Assembly: GCA_030145345.1 (NCBI GenBank)
Contig: JAQYVT010000004.1
Coordinates: 992-64,991 of the forward strand
DNA from: Desulfobacterales bacterium
GTDB lineage: Bacteria > Desulfobacterota > Desulfobacteria > Desulfobacterales > UBA11574
Reading direction: 5' to 3'
Length of the DNA: 64,000 bases
The notes under the pieces were generated by a model. That model had not been told where the DNA came from and did not search any database. It saw nothing but the letters and a program-made list of their open reading frames with translations. Numbering within the stretch: the stretch's first letter is position 1; every line of letters begins with the position of its first letter. A program made the translations under genes and the position numbers. This document shows positions 18,283 through 27,471 of this stretch, one piece after another.

Positions 18283-18693
18283 AATGCAAACTCCTTTTCA
18301 TTCTATCCGATAGTGGGATAAATAACGTGGCAAAATGAGTTTAAAGACAATAATGAACAGCAGTTCTAGACTTTTTTTCTGGTTTGATGGAATTGGATCC
18401 AAGTGGCATCGAATAGATAGTGAAAACAGCCCGGTATTTACCCAATGTTTGGGTAAACTTCGAGTCGGACAAGCTTCACATAACGACTAAAAAATTAATA
18501 CCACATATTACGATTAATTTCATCAAATTATAATAATTGTTCCCAAGCCGTAAAATCTCGACTACCTTTAAATGGTTCGATTACGCCAACACGCCATTAT
18601 TCCAATATTCCAGTTTAACGATTAAAATGGCATCGCCGTTGTTTTTAACCTGGCCCAGAGGGCCGGGGGTTCCATATTCAAACAAATTGATTC

Positions 18694-18722
18694 TTGCAAT
18701 CCCGTGAGGGGTCGCTTATATT
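18694..18722 (+). promoter_or_regulatory. Candidate sigma-70 promoter of queC
   Basis: TTGCAA (18694-18699), N17, TATATT (18717-18722). The queC ATG is at 18732, which implies a very short leader or none. Confidence 0.35.
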
Positions 18723-18731
18723 TTGTCGATT

Positions 18732-19424
18732 ATGAGCCATTTAAAAAAAGCCGTTGTTCTTTCAAGTGGGGGACTCGATTCCACCACGGCAATGGCCATC
18801 GCAAAATACGAAGGTTTTGAAATCTATAGTCTAAGTTTTTCCTACGGGCAGCGTCACGCCTTTGAGCTTGAAGTCGCTCAAAAGGTGGCGGACGCTTTGG
18901 GTGTCACCGAACACCTCGTAATTAATATAGATTTAAATAAAATAGGGGGGTCATCCCTTACCGATGATATTGATGTGCCAAAAGAAAGGGATGAACGGGC
19001 AATGACCCGGGAAATACCCGTTACATACGTTCCGGCCAGAAATACCATCTTTCTTTCCTTTGCCCTGGCATGGGCCGAGGTTCTCGAATCATCTGATATT
19101 TTCATCGGGGTTAACGCAGTCGACTACAGCGGTTATCCGGACTGCCGGCCTGAGTATATCGACGCATTTGAACGTATGGCAAATCTTGCCACAAAGGCGG
19201 GTGTGGAGGGCATAACAAAAATCAGGATAAGGACGCCCCTTATCCATTTGACCAAAGCGCAGATCATCCAAAAAGGTATGGAACTGGGGGTCGATTACGC
19301 TTTAACCCACAGCTGCTATGACCCTTCACCCCAAGGCCTGGCATGCGGTGAATGTGACAGCTGTTTTTTAAGAAAGAAAGGTTTTAAAGAAGCCGGTGTC
19401 AAAGATCCGACAAAATATATATAG
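18732..19424 (+). CDS. queC: 7-cyano-7-deazaguanine synthase
   Basis: [16 protein letters not shown]-loop and a C-terminal CGECDSC zinc motif. Confidence 0.9.
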   Translation: MSHLKKAVVLSSGGLDSTTAMAIAKYEGFEIYSLSFSYGQRHAFELEVAQKVADALGVTEHLVINIDLNKIGGSSLTDDIDVPKERDERAMTREIPVTYVPARNTIFLSFALAWAEVLESSDIFIGVNAVDYSGYPDCRPEYIDAFERMANLATKAGVEGITKIRIRTPLIHLTKAQIIQKGMELGVDYALTHSCYDPSPQGLACGECDSCFLRKKGFKEAGVKDPTKYI

Positions 19425-19474
19425 ACCCTAACCCTAACTATCCCACCGACCTCATTTTTATTGAAGAAATCCCG

Positions 19475-20071
19475 TTAACCGAGTTGGCCTGCCGCGGAAA
19501 AACCGAGCTCGAAAGCCTTTAAGTTCGATTCGACAAAGGCTTTTTTTGTTTTTGTTTTAATCGCCTCTTTTACCGTTTCTGAAGATAATGGAATTTTGCC
19601 GGTCTGTATCAGGGCACCCAAGAGAACCATATTGACCGACAAAACATTTCCGGCTTCAATGGCAAGCGCCTCAGCATCAAAAGCAATAAGGTGTGCCGTC
19701 TTGGCCCGAATCAATGACTGGAGCACATCCAGATCTGGATAAATGCCGCTCCCCACTGCAACCGTAAACGGCGGAAGCGGCGCAAGGTTGGTAATCACCA
19801 CGGTGTTGGAATTACACTTGTTCAAGGCTCGAAGGGTTTCCGAAGGCTCAAATCCCACCAGCACGTCAGCCTCGCCGTCTGAGATAATGGTACTTCGAGC
19901 GGTCCCGAATACAATGCTGCTTTCAACCACGCCGCCCCTCTGGGCCATACCGTGTATTTCGCTCATGCGAACCGGGACATCCGCAAGAAGTGCGGATTCT
20001 CCGATAACTCTGGAGACCAGAAGATTTCCCTGTCCTCCCACAGCCACTATGATTAATCTTGTTGGATTCAT
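19475..20071 (-). CDS. iorB: Indolepyruvate:ferredoxin oxidoreductase, beta subunit
   Basis: 198 aa, IIVAVGGQGNLL motif, immediately downstream of iorA. Confidence 0.85.
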   Translation of the reverse strand: MNPTRLIIVAVGGQGNLLVSRVIGESALLADVPVRMSEIHGMAQRGGVVESSIVFGTARSTIISDGEADVLVGFEPSETLRALNKCNSNTVVITNLAPLPPFTVAVGSGIYPDLDVLQSLIRAKTAHLIAFDAEALAIEAGNVLSVNMVLLGALIQTGKIPLSSETVKEAIKTKTKKAFVESNLKAFELGFSAAGQLG

Positions 20072-20178
20072 TTTATTACCGTCCGTTGTGGAATCTTTAA
20101 AAAACTGTTCCGTTTTCCTGCCCGGTTAAATCCGTTGGTAACCGGATAAAGCTCTGATTGCTTATAATCAATGGAATT

Positions 20179-22035
20179 TTAGGCGTCATCCTTTAAGGGC
20201 AAAATAGCATGCTCCGGGCAAATCTGGGCACAGACCGTACAGCCCGAACACAGGACAGGATCGATTTTAACCTGGTTATCCTCAATGACAAAAGCCGGGC
20301 ATGCCAGCTCATTGATGCAGTCTCTGTGGTTTTTACATTTTTCACTGACAAAAAAAGATCTTCCACGGGGTTTCTTCAGCGCCTTTGCAAACAGCGTGCA
20401 TTCCTCCTTTGAAATAACCACCGAAACACCTTTAAAATTCAGAGCCTCTTTGATGGATTCAATACTCTTTTTAACCCGGTAGGGCCGGATGATGGAAACA
20501 TGCGGCACCCCCACGGCCCTCACGATTTTTTCGATGGACACGTGAGCATATCCTTCCATGTTCAGCGCTTTCATATCGACCCCTGGATGAGGCTGATGCC
20601 CGGTCATGGCAGTAATGCCATTGTCAAGAATAACCAGCGTAAAATTGTGGTTGTTAAAGACGGCGTTAATCAACCCGGGTATTCCGGTATGAAAAAAAGT
20701 GGAATCCCCGATAAAAGAGATGACCTTTTTGTCTGTTACCTTGGAAAAACCGCAGGATGTCCCCACGGAAGCCCCCATACATATCAAAAAATCTCCCGTG
20801 GAAAGCGGCGGCATAAATCCGAGGGTATAGCAACCGATGTCCGTGGGGCAAATCGTTTCCATGCCCTCTGTTGCCTTGTTAACCGCATAAAAAGTGGCCC
20901 TGTGAGAACACCCGGCACAGAGGCTGGGCGGACGCTGGGGGATTTCGGGAACATCAGAGAGATTGACACCTGCCACCGGTTTGTATGTCACGTCAAAATA
21001 TGCGGCCAAACATTGTCTGACCAGTGCCGGGTTGTATTCGTAGAGACGTGAGAAAAGGTTATTCCCCTTACCATTTATGGGAAGCGTCAAACCTACTTCC
21101 TGGGCAAACGCCTTGATGGTCTCTTCCATAAAAGGCTCGCCTTCCTCCACGACCAGCACCTTTTCACACCCTTTTAAAAAGTCTATGATCAAAACCCGGG
21201 GCATGGGGTGTGAAAATCCGACGCGAAATATTTTAACTTTGTCCGCGATATTCAGATCTTTTACCGCATCAGAAATATAGTTGTAACTCACACCATTGCA
21301 GACAATTCCCCATGCGCCGTCCCCGGTGATAAAATTGTACTCAGACGTTTCGGAAATCGTTTCAGCCGTTTTTAATTTTTCAAGCAGTTTGATATGGAGA
21401 TTTCTGGAAACTGCAGGAACCGTCACATAATTGAAAGGATCTTTTGTAAAATCACCTTTTGTTATGGGTGTCTGCATATCGCCCAGCACCACGACCTCGG
21501 TGGAATGATTGATCCGGGTGGTGGTTCTGAAGATAACCGGCTGCTGAAGCTTTTCGGACAAATCGAATGCAAACGCCACCATATCTTTTGCCTCCTGTGC
21601 GGAAGACGGCTCCAGCATGGGGAGACCGGCAAGCTTGCTGTAATACCGGTTGTCCTGTTCGTTCTGGCTTGAAAACATGAAAGGATCGTCGGCTGTAAGA
21701 ATCACCAGACCGCCTTTAACACCCAAATATGCCAGTGTCATGAGCGCATCGGCAGCCACATTCATACCCACATGTTTCATCACGCACATGCTGCGAACTC
21801 CGGAATTTGCAGCAGCGGCCGCCACTTCAAGGGCCACCTTTTCGTTGGTGCTGTATTCAAAATAAAGGTTGCCTTCTTGGGATATCTGAAAAAAATTCAG
21901 TGAAATTTCCGAAGATGGTGTTCCCGGATATGTTGTTGCAACGGCGACTCCGGCCTCGATCGCACCCCTGGCAATGGCTTCGTTGCCTAAAAGGAGCATC
22001 TTTTGACCGGGATTCACGGCAAGTAGTTTGTGCAT
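20179..22035 (-). CDS. iorA: Indolepyruvate:ferredoxin oxidoreductase, alpha subunit
   Basis: 618 aa with a TPP-binding region and a C-terminal ferredoxin-type cluster motif (CSGCTVCAQICP). Confidence 0.9.
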   Translation of the reverse strand: MHKLLAVNPGQKMLLLGNEAIARGAIEAGVAVATTYPGTPSSEISLNFFQISQEGNLYFEYSTNEKVALEVAAAAANSGVRSMCVMKHVGMNVAADALMTLAYLGVKGGLVILTADDPFMFSSQNEQDNRYYSKLAGLPMLEPSSAQEAKDMVAFAFDLSEKLQQPVIFRTTTRINHSTEVVVLGDMQTPITKGDFTKDPFNYVTVPAVSRNLHIKLLEKLKTAETISETSEYNFITGDGAWGIVCNGVSYNYISDAVKDLNIADKVKIFRVGFSHPMPRVLIIDFLKGCEKVLVVEEGEPFMEETIKAFAQEVGLTLPINGKGNNLFSRLYEYNPALVRQCLAAYFDVTYKPVAGVNLSDVPEIPQRPPSLCAGCSHRATFYAVNKATEGMETICPTDIGCYTLGFMPPLSTGDFLICMGASVGTSCGFSKVTDKKVISFIGDSTFFHTGIPGLINAVFNNHNFTLVILDNGITAMTGHQPHPGVDMKALNMEGYAHVSIEKIVRAVGVPHVSIIRPYRVKKSIESIKEALNFKGVSVVISKEECTLFAKALKKPRGRSFFVSEKCKNHRDCINELACPAFVIEDNQVKIDPVLCSGCTVCAQICPEHAILPLKDDA

Positions 22036-22345
22036 TGTTTTTTCCTTATGGTTAAATGCGTAATTTCAGCTTTTGGTTATCGTGTGGTTTTTTAGGAACC
22101 AACCCTGATTGTTGAAACCGTCGAGTTGGCAAAGGTACAAGACGGATAGGAAGAAGCGGTCCTAAACGACTTCATGTGTTTGTCAACGCGGCAGATTCGA
22201 AAGAATCGTCGCTCGCAAAGTTCAGGTAATATACCAGCACAGCCGGTCGTGTAAAGAATTTTCTGCGAGCCAACAACCAATTGAAAAAACTTTACAAATA
22301 TTTAACCATGAATTATAGTATCAATTTTCTTAATAATTTATACAG

Positions 22346-22530
22346 CAATCAACGGGCTGTTGCCCAAATCATATTCGCTGGCTCCGAAACGTTTTTTGAT
22401 ACATATAGGGCTCGCCCTTCGGGCTCAAACAGTTGGAATCGCATTTCTTTCACTTCGCCAAGATGTATGAACAAAAACCGTCTCGATGAGCGCTCAAAGA
22501 AATTATTGTTTGGGCAACCGGCCGTCAATA
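22346..22530. repeat. About 185-bp imperfect palindromic element, a degenerate relative of the repeat family
   Basis: Arms pair GTTGCCCAAA/TTTGGGCAAC, CGAAACGTTTTTTGATACAT/ATGTATGAACAAAAACCGTCTCG, and so on. The centre carries CTCAAACAG (reverse complement of CTGTTTGAG) next to a GCCC-TTCG-GGC hairpin. Confidence 0.5.
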
Positions 22531-22582
22531 AATGGTTATGGAATTTATTGTAAAATCGAATTTATCCTGAATCGAGGTTCCC

Positions 22583-23224
22583 ATGCAACATCAAATTATA
22601 CTTGTTATTGCCACACGCAACAAAGGTAAAACAAAAGAAATCAAAGATCTTTTTAAGGATTTTCCGGTTGACATTAAAGATCTATATGACTTTGGCCCAG
22701 TTCCGCACCTGGAAGAAGACGGCGACACCTTTGAGGAAAATGCATACAAAAAAGCGAGTTTCGCAGCCCGAATCCTCGGGCTGCCGGCATTGGCTGACGA
22801 TTCGGGACTGACGGTGGAAGCCTTGAAAGGTGCTCCCGGTGTTCATTCCGCTCGCTATGCAGGGGAAAACGCAACCGATGAACAAAGATATTTAAAGTTG
22901 CTCAGCGAAATGGAAGGGATGTCTAACCGCAAGGCAGCTTTTGAATGCGTCCTATCCATTGCCGTTCCAACAGGCCCTGCCCTGACATATGAAGCGCGCT
23001 GTGAAGGGCTGATCACTGAAGTGCCTGCCGGTTCAAATGGATTCGGATACGATCCCGTTTTCTATTATCCACCGTATAAAAAAACATTCGCTGAATTAAC
23101 CAGACAAGAAAAAAACCGTATAAGTCACCGGGGAAAAGCACTTGCCGAACTCAAAGATGAGTTTGACAAGGTCTTAATCTGGATCCGTCAAAATATGCCC
23201 GTGCGGAAGAAACGACATGGTTAA
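22583..23224 (+). CDS. rdgB: Non-canonical purine NTP pyrophosphatase (RdgB/HAM1)
   Basis: Motifs VIATRNKGKTKE, ADDSGL, GVHSARYAG, FGYDPVF and SHRG. Confidence 0.9.
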   Translation: MQHQIILVIATRNKGKTKEIKDLFKDFPVDIKDLYDFGPVPHLEEDGDTFEENAYKKASFAARILGLPALADDSGLTVEALKGAPGVHSARYAGENATDEQRYLKLLSEMEGMSNRKAAFECVLSIAVPTGPALTYEARCEGLITEVPAGSNGFGYDPVFYYPPYKKTFAELTRQEKNRISHRGKALAELKDEFDKVLIWIRQNMPVRKKRHG

Positions 23225-23288
23225 CCCCTTAATGGGTGCAAACAGAGTCGATAACATTGGTAAAAAATTAAATTCTAATAGTTATATT

Positions 23289-23404
23289 TGATGGTCTCGT
23301 ATAAAGTCCGTTTTGCTCGCTCAGTGACCATTTGGGGGCGTTTCAAACACTGGATCCCCAAATGATTAGATCTCGCTCACAAAAGACTTTTTACGAGTTT
23401 GTCA
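23289..23404. repeat. Short (about 116 bp) internally deleted member of the palindromic repeat family, copy D
   Basis: The right arm CCCCAAATGATTAGATCTCGCTCACAAAAGACTTTTTACGAG is the reverse complement of the copy-A left-arm type. The left arm is CGTATAAAGTCCGTTTTGCTCGCTCAGTGACCATTTGGGG. The central 80 bp is missing. Confidence 0.75.
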
Positions 23405-23462
23405 TATTTTACCCATATTTTTTGACATCACAGTCATTGAGAAGAATGAGGAGTCAAATTTT

Positions 23463-24041
23463 ATGATCGCGGATTTGATTAGAAAAAACAGAAGTTGCCG
23501 CAGATTTTTCCAGGAACACATCGTGGATCTGGAAACTTTAACAAAACTCGTCGACCTCGGGAGACTCTCGGCATCGGCAGCAAACCTACAGCCATTAAAA
23601 TATATTCTTTCCGCCAATCCTCAAAAGAATGCTCTGATTTTTTCGTGTCTGGGCTGGGCGGGTTATATCGAGGACTGGCCGGGTCCAGAGGAGGGGGAAA
23701 GACCTTCGGGATATATCATTATTCTGAGTGATTCCCAAAAAGCCAATGATTATGTTGGATACGACTGCGGTATCGCCAGCCAGAGTATTCTTTTGGGCGC
23801 CAGAGAAAAAGGGCTTGCCGGCTGTATGATCGCATCGATAAAACGTCAAAAGCTCCGGGACATACTCAATATTGACCCCCGGTTTAAAATACCCCTCGTC
23901 ATTGCAATCGGAAAACCCAAAGAAGAAATCGTCATCGAAGACGTTGGCAGCGACAACGCCATCCGCTACTGGCGGGACAGCAAGGGCGTCCATCATGTGC
24001 CCAAAAGAAAATTAAAAGATATTATCATCGGTTCATATTAG
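23463..24041 (+). CDS. Nitroreductase-family protein
   Basis: N-terminus IRKNRSCRRF...SASAANLQP is typical of the nitroreductase fold. Confidence 0.8.
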   Translation: MIADLIRKNRSCRRFFQEHIVDLETLTKLVDLGRLSASAANLQPLKYILSANPQKNALIFSCLGWAGYIEDWPGPEEGERPSGYIIILSDSQKANDYVGYDCGIASQSILLGAREKGLAGCMIASIKRQKLRDILNIDPRFKIPLVIAIGKPKEEIVIEDVGSDNAIRYWRDSKGVHHVPKRKLKDIIIGSY

Positions 24042-24117
24042 CCGGCAATGGCATGAAGACCATCAAGCATAACGTTAAAAAAACCGAAAATGGCAACTCA
24101 TACCAAGGAGAACCTGC

Positions 24118-26079
24118 ATGTTCCAAAAAAAGGAGGGTATAGATATTGCTGTCGATATTGGAGGCATCACATCTTTTGAAGCAGCAATGCGACTTTTTGA
24201 AAATAGATTAGACGAAAAAAATCTATCGAGGATACAGAAAATAAAAAATACGGAAGTTGCTGTTAAAATTGCAAATTCAATAGCAATGTGTGAACCGGAA
24301 ACTGTTTTTATCAATACCGGATCTGAGTCGGATAAAGCGTATATCAGGGAGATGGCATTAAAAAATGGAGAAGAAGCCAACCTCCCAATGGACGGACACA
24401 CCATCCATTATGATCTCAAAGACGAACAGGGAAGGATTATCGATCGCACCTATTATATCTCCAATGAAGGGGAAGATATCAGTTCTCTTGCCAACAAAAT
24501 GGACCGGGCAAAAGCACTGATAGATATTCGGGATAAGATGACAGGTATTATGCGCGGCAAAACCATGATCGTCGGATTTTATATTCGGGGGCCCGTCGGC
24601 TCGCCGGCATCAAACCCGGCACTGGAGATCACCAGTTCAGCGTATGTATCGCACAGTGCTGAAATCCTTTACAGAAATTCTTTTTCTGATTTTGACAAGG
24701 AGGTGGACAGACTGGGTCACTTTTACACCAATATCCACAGTGAAGGGCGGAACAGACCCGAAGATCTGCCCAATGCACGGGTATTCATGGATCGAAGTCA
24801 TCAAACCACATACAGTTTTAATTGTACCTACGCCGGAAATACGTTGCTGTTGAAAAAAGGAAATCACCGGTTTTCCGTCGACAAAGCCGTGTATGATAAC
24901 AGAGGCAATGAGCTGTCGGAACATATGTTCATTACCGGAGTAAACGGAAAGGGAGGCCGTATCACCTGGTGCACCGGCGCCGCACCCAGCGGTTGCGGCA
25001 AAACGACCACCGCCATGGCGGGAAACCATTTCGTAGGCGACGACCTTGCTCAGATGTGGATCGACGAAAACGGGAGTATCCGTTCAATCAACCCCGAATG
25101 CGGTATTTTCGGTATTGTCGAAGATGTAAACTGGGAAGGGGATCCATATCTTATGAAACTTCTCAGAGAACCGGGTACAGAAGTGATATGGTCGAATGTT
25201 CTCATCGATGAAAACGGCATCCCCCACTGGACCGGAAATGGAGAAGACCCTCCCCTTCGCGGTAAAAACTTCCAAGGTTACTGGGAAAAAGGGATGACCG
25301 ATGAAAATGGAAAAGAGATCCCCATATCTCACCCCAATTCAAGATGCACCCTAACCTCATCTGCTCTGGCAAATTATTCGCCGATGTCGGCGGATCCCAA
25401 CGGCGTTGAAACAAGAGTGATTACATACAGCGGCAGAGACAGTGACACCATGCCGCCGGTCTGGGCGGCTCAAAATTCGGATCAAGGGGTCGTCATCGGT
25501 GCCTGCATTGTGTCAGCGGCAACGGCCACTGAAGTCGGGGCAACCGGAGTTAAACGCGCCCCGTGGGCCAATGCCCCCTTTATCCCCGGATCCCTGGCAG
25601 AGTATATGGATGCTCAATTTAAATTCTTTGGAAATGAAAAAATCGCCCAAGACAAAAAGCCTGTAATGGCAGGATTGAATTATTTTCTTACGGATAAAGC
25701 CAGAGGCGGGACTTCCAACAAGCTGATCGGAGAAAAAAGGGATGTAAAAGTCTGGTTGGCCTGGCTGGAAAGACTTGCGCACAATGACGTCGATGTGATT
25801 AAAACTCCCGTAGGAAATTTGCCGACTTTCGATGACCTGAAAAATCTGTTTAAAACGATCATCGACAAAGAATATACCCAAGAACTGTATGTTAAGCAGT
25901 TTTCTCTGTACATAGACAATATCGTTTCCAGAATAGACTTGCAGATAAGGGCATACGGGAAAGAACCCGATATTCCCGAAAAACTGTTCGAAATTCTTAA
26001 AGCGCAAAAGGAAGGCCTTGGGGCGCTGAGAAATACATATGGCCCGGTCGTAACACCGTCTCAACTTGAGGAATTATAA
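24118..26079 (+). CDS. pckG: Phosphoenolpyruvate carboxykinase (GTP)
   Basis: 653 aa with a GAAPSGCGKTT kinase motif, HPNSR, and full-length GTP-PEPCK similarity. Confidence 0.9.
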   Translation: MFQKKEGIDIAVDIGGITSFEAAMRLFENRLDEKNLSRIQKIKNTEVAVKIANSIAMCEPETVFINTGSESDKAYIREMALKNGEEANLPMDGHTIHYDLKDEQGRIIDRTYYISNEGEDISSLANKMDRAKALIDIRDKMTGIMRGKTMIVGFYIRGPVGSPASNPALEITSSAYVSHSAEILYRNSFSDFDKEVDRLGHFYTNIHSEGRNRPEDLPNARVFMDRSHQTTYSFNCTYAGNTLLLKKGNHRFSVDKAVYDNRGNELSEHMFITGVNGKGGRITWCTGAAPSGCGKTTTAMAGNHFVGDDLAQMWIDENGSIRSINPECGIFGIVEDVNWEGDPYLMKLLREPGTEVIWSNVLIDENGIPHWTGNGEDPPLRGKNFQGYWEKGMTDENGKEIPISHPNSRCTLTSSALANYSPMSADPNGVETRVITYSGRDSDTMPPVWAAQNSDQGVVIGACIVSAATATEVGATGVKRAPWANAPFIPGSLAEYMDAQFKFFGNEKIAQDKKPVMAGLNYFLTDKARGGTSNKLIGEKRDVKVWLAWLERLAHNDVDVIKTPVGNLPTFDDLKNLFKTIIDKEYTQELYVKQFSLYIDNIVSRIDLQIRAYGKEPDIPEKLFEILKAQKEGLGALRNTYGPVVTPSQLEEL

Positions 26080-26205
26080 CTCAAGGTTCGCAGTCAATCT
26101 TTTTTGTAAAGGCATCTTATGGTGATGTTTTTATCCGATTTTACAGTGTAGGATTATGGAAAATCATTCGAATAAAACCTTCCCGGGCGATATCAGATAA
26201 GGCGT

Positions 26206-27471
26206 TTGTTGAACAGAGGGTTGCGAAACTTGAGGTATAACGGGAAACCCATACTCAGCGTAATTTTCAGCGGCCGCATGCTGGTCGCCCTTCTTATGGG
26301 TTTTGCCTGCGGATTGCCGCTTCTTCTGACCATAACCGTATTGCAGGCTTGGATGAAAGAAGAAGGCGTGGATCTGACGATAATAGGAATGATGGCCCTG
26401 GTGGGCCTTCCCTATACGTTGAAGTTCATCTGGGCACCGGTTCTGGACCGTTTTACCCTGCCCTTTTTGGGCCGCAGAAGAGGGTGGCTCATAATCGCTC
26501 AAGTGGCCTTGATTCTTTCGATCTCGGGTCTGGGTCTCACGGACCCGGGAAAAAGCCCTTGGATGGTGGCCTTTATCGCTTTTCTGGTAACCTTCTTCAG
26601 CGCTTCCCAGGATATTGTTGTCGATGCGTATCGGAGAGAAGATCTTCCGGATGAAGAATTGGGACTGGGCTCTTCGCTGTATGTCAACGGATACCGGGTA
26701 GGAATGCTCCTGGCTTCCGGCGGCGGCCTGATCATGGCAGACCACATGCCGTTTTCCATGGTCTATCAGATTATGGCGGCCTGCCTGTTGCCGGGGGTTG
26801 CAACGACGCTTCTGGCACCGGAGCCTGAAATTCATGTAGGAACTCCGAAAACCATAAGGGAAGCGGTCTTTGATCCTTTGATGGAATACTTCCATCGGCA
26901 GGGCGCACTGTGGATACTGGCCTTTATTCTTTTATACAAAATCGGCGACACAATGGCCAGCGCCATGACCACACCGTTTTATCTTGACATCGGGTTTTCA
27001 AAAACCCAAATCGGCGCTGTGGTAAAACTTTTCGGATTCTGGGCGACTGTTGGCGGCACGCTGATCGGTGGTATGATGATGCTCAAGCTTGAAATCAACC
27101 GAAGTCTCTGGATTTTTGGTTTTCTTCAGGCCATGTCCACCGCAGGTTTTGCAGTACTGGCAAGAATCGGCAACAGCCTTCCTGCGCTGTCAGCGGTCAT
27201 TGCCTTTGAGAACTTCAGCAGCGGAATGGGAACCGCGGCGTTTGTGGCTTTCATGGCGAGCATTACCAACAAAAAATTTACCGCCACACAGTATGCGCTG
27301 CTCAGCAGCCTCATGGGGGTTCCCAGAGTGGTGGCTTCAGCACCCACCGGCTTTATGGTCAAAAAGTTCGGCTGGGAAACCTTTTTTATACTCTGTACGT
27401 TAATTGCTGCTCCAGGGATACTGCTGCTTCTGAAATTTGCACCCTGGAGCCGGGCCGGTAATCATCGATGA
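26206..27471 (+). CDS. ampG: AmpG-family muropeptide/MFS permease
   Basis: Multi-TM MFS protein with an AmpG-like N-terminus (LLMGFACGLPLLLT...LPYTLKFIWAPVLDR). The exact start is uncertain (TTG 26206). Confidence 0.8.
   Translation: MLNRGLRNLRYNGKPILSVIFSGRMLVALLMGFACGLPLLLTITVLQAWMKEEGVDLTIIGMMALVGLPYTLKFIWAPVLDRFTLPFLGRRRGWLIIAQVALILSISGLGLTDPGKSPWMVAFIAFLVTFFSASQDIVVDAYRREDLPDEELGLGSSLYVNGYRVGMLLASGGGLIMADHMPFSMVYQIMAACLLPGVATTLLAPEPEIHVGTPKTIREAVFDPLMEYFHRQGALWILAFILLYKIGDTMASAMTTPFYLDIGFSKTQIGAVVKLFGFWATVGGTLIGGMMMLKLEINRSLWIFGFLQAMSTAGFAVLARIGNSLPALSAVIAFENFSSGMGTAAFVAFMASITNKKFTATQYALLSSLMGVPRVVASAPTGFMVKKFGWETFFILCTLIAAPGILLLLKFAPWSRAGNHR

Noticed and set aside
18283-18731. Looked for preQ1 riboswitches upstream of queC, and upstream of queE at 7380-7499.
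   Set aside because: I could not find the compact preQ1-I/II consensus (for example the conserved CCC...AAAAAACTA/ GGTTC features). Only a promoter-like motif is present. cmsearch would be needed to be sure.
22281-22553. A 90-aa plus-strand ORF between iorA and rdgB.
   Set aside because: It is entirely contained in an imperfect palindromic repeat element. It has no RBS and an implausible composition.
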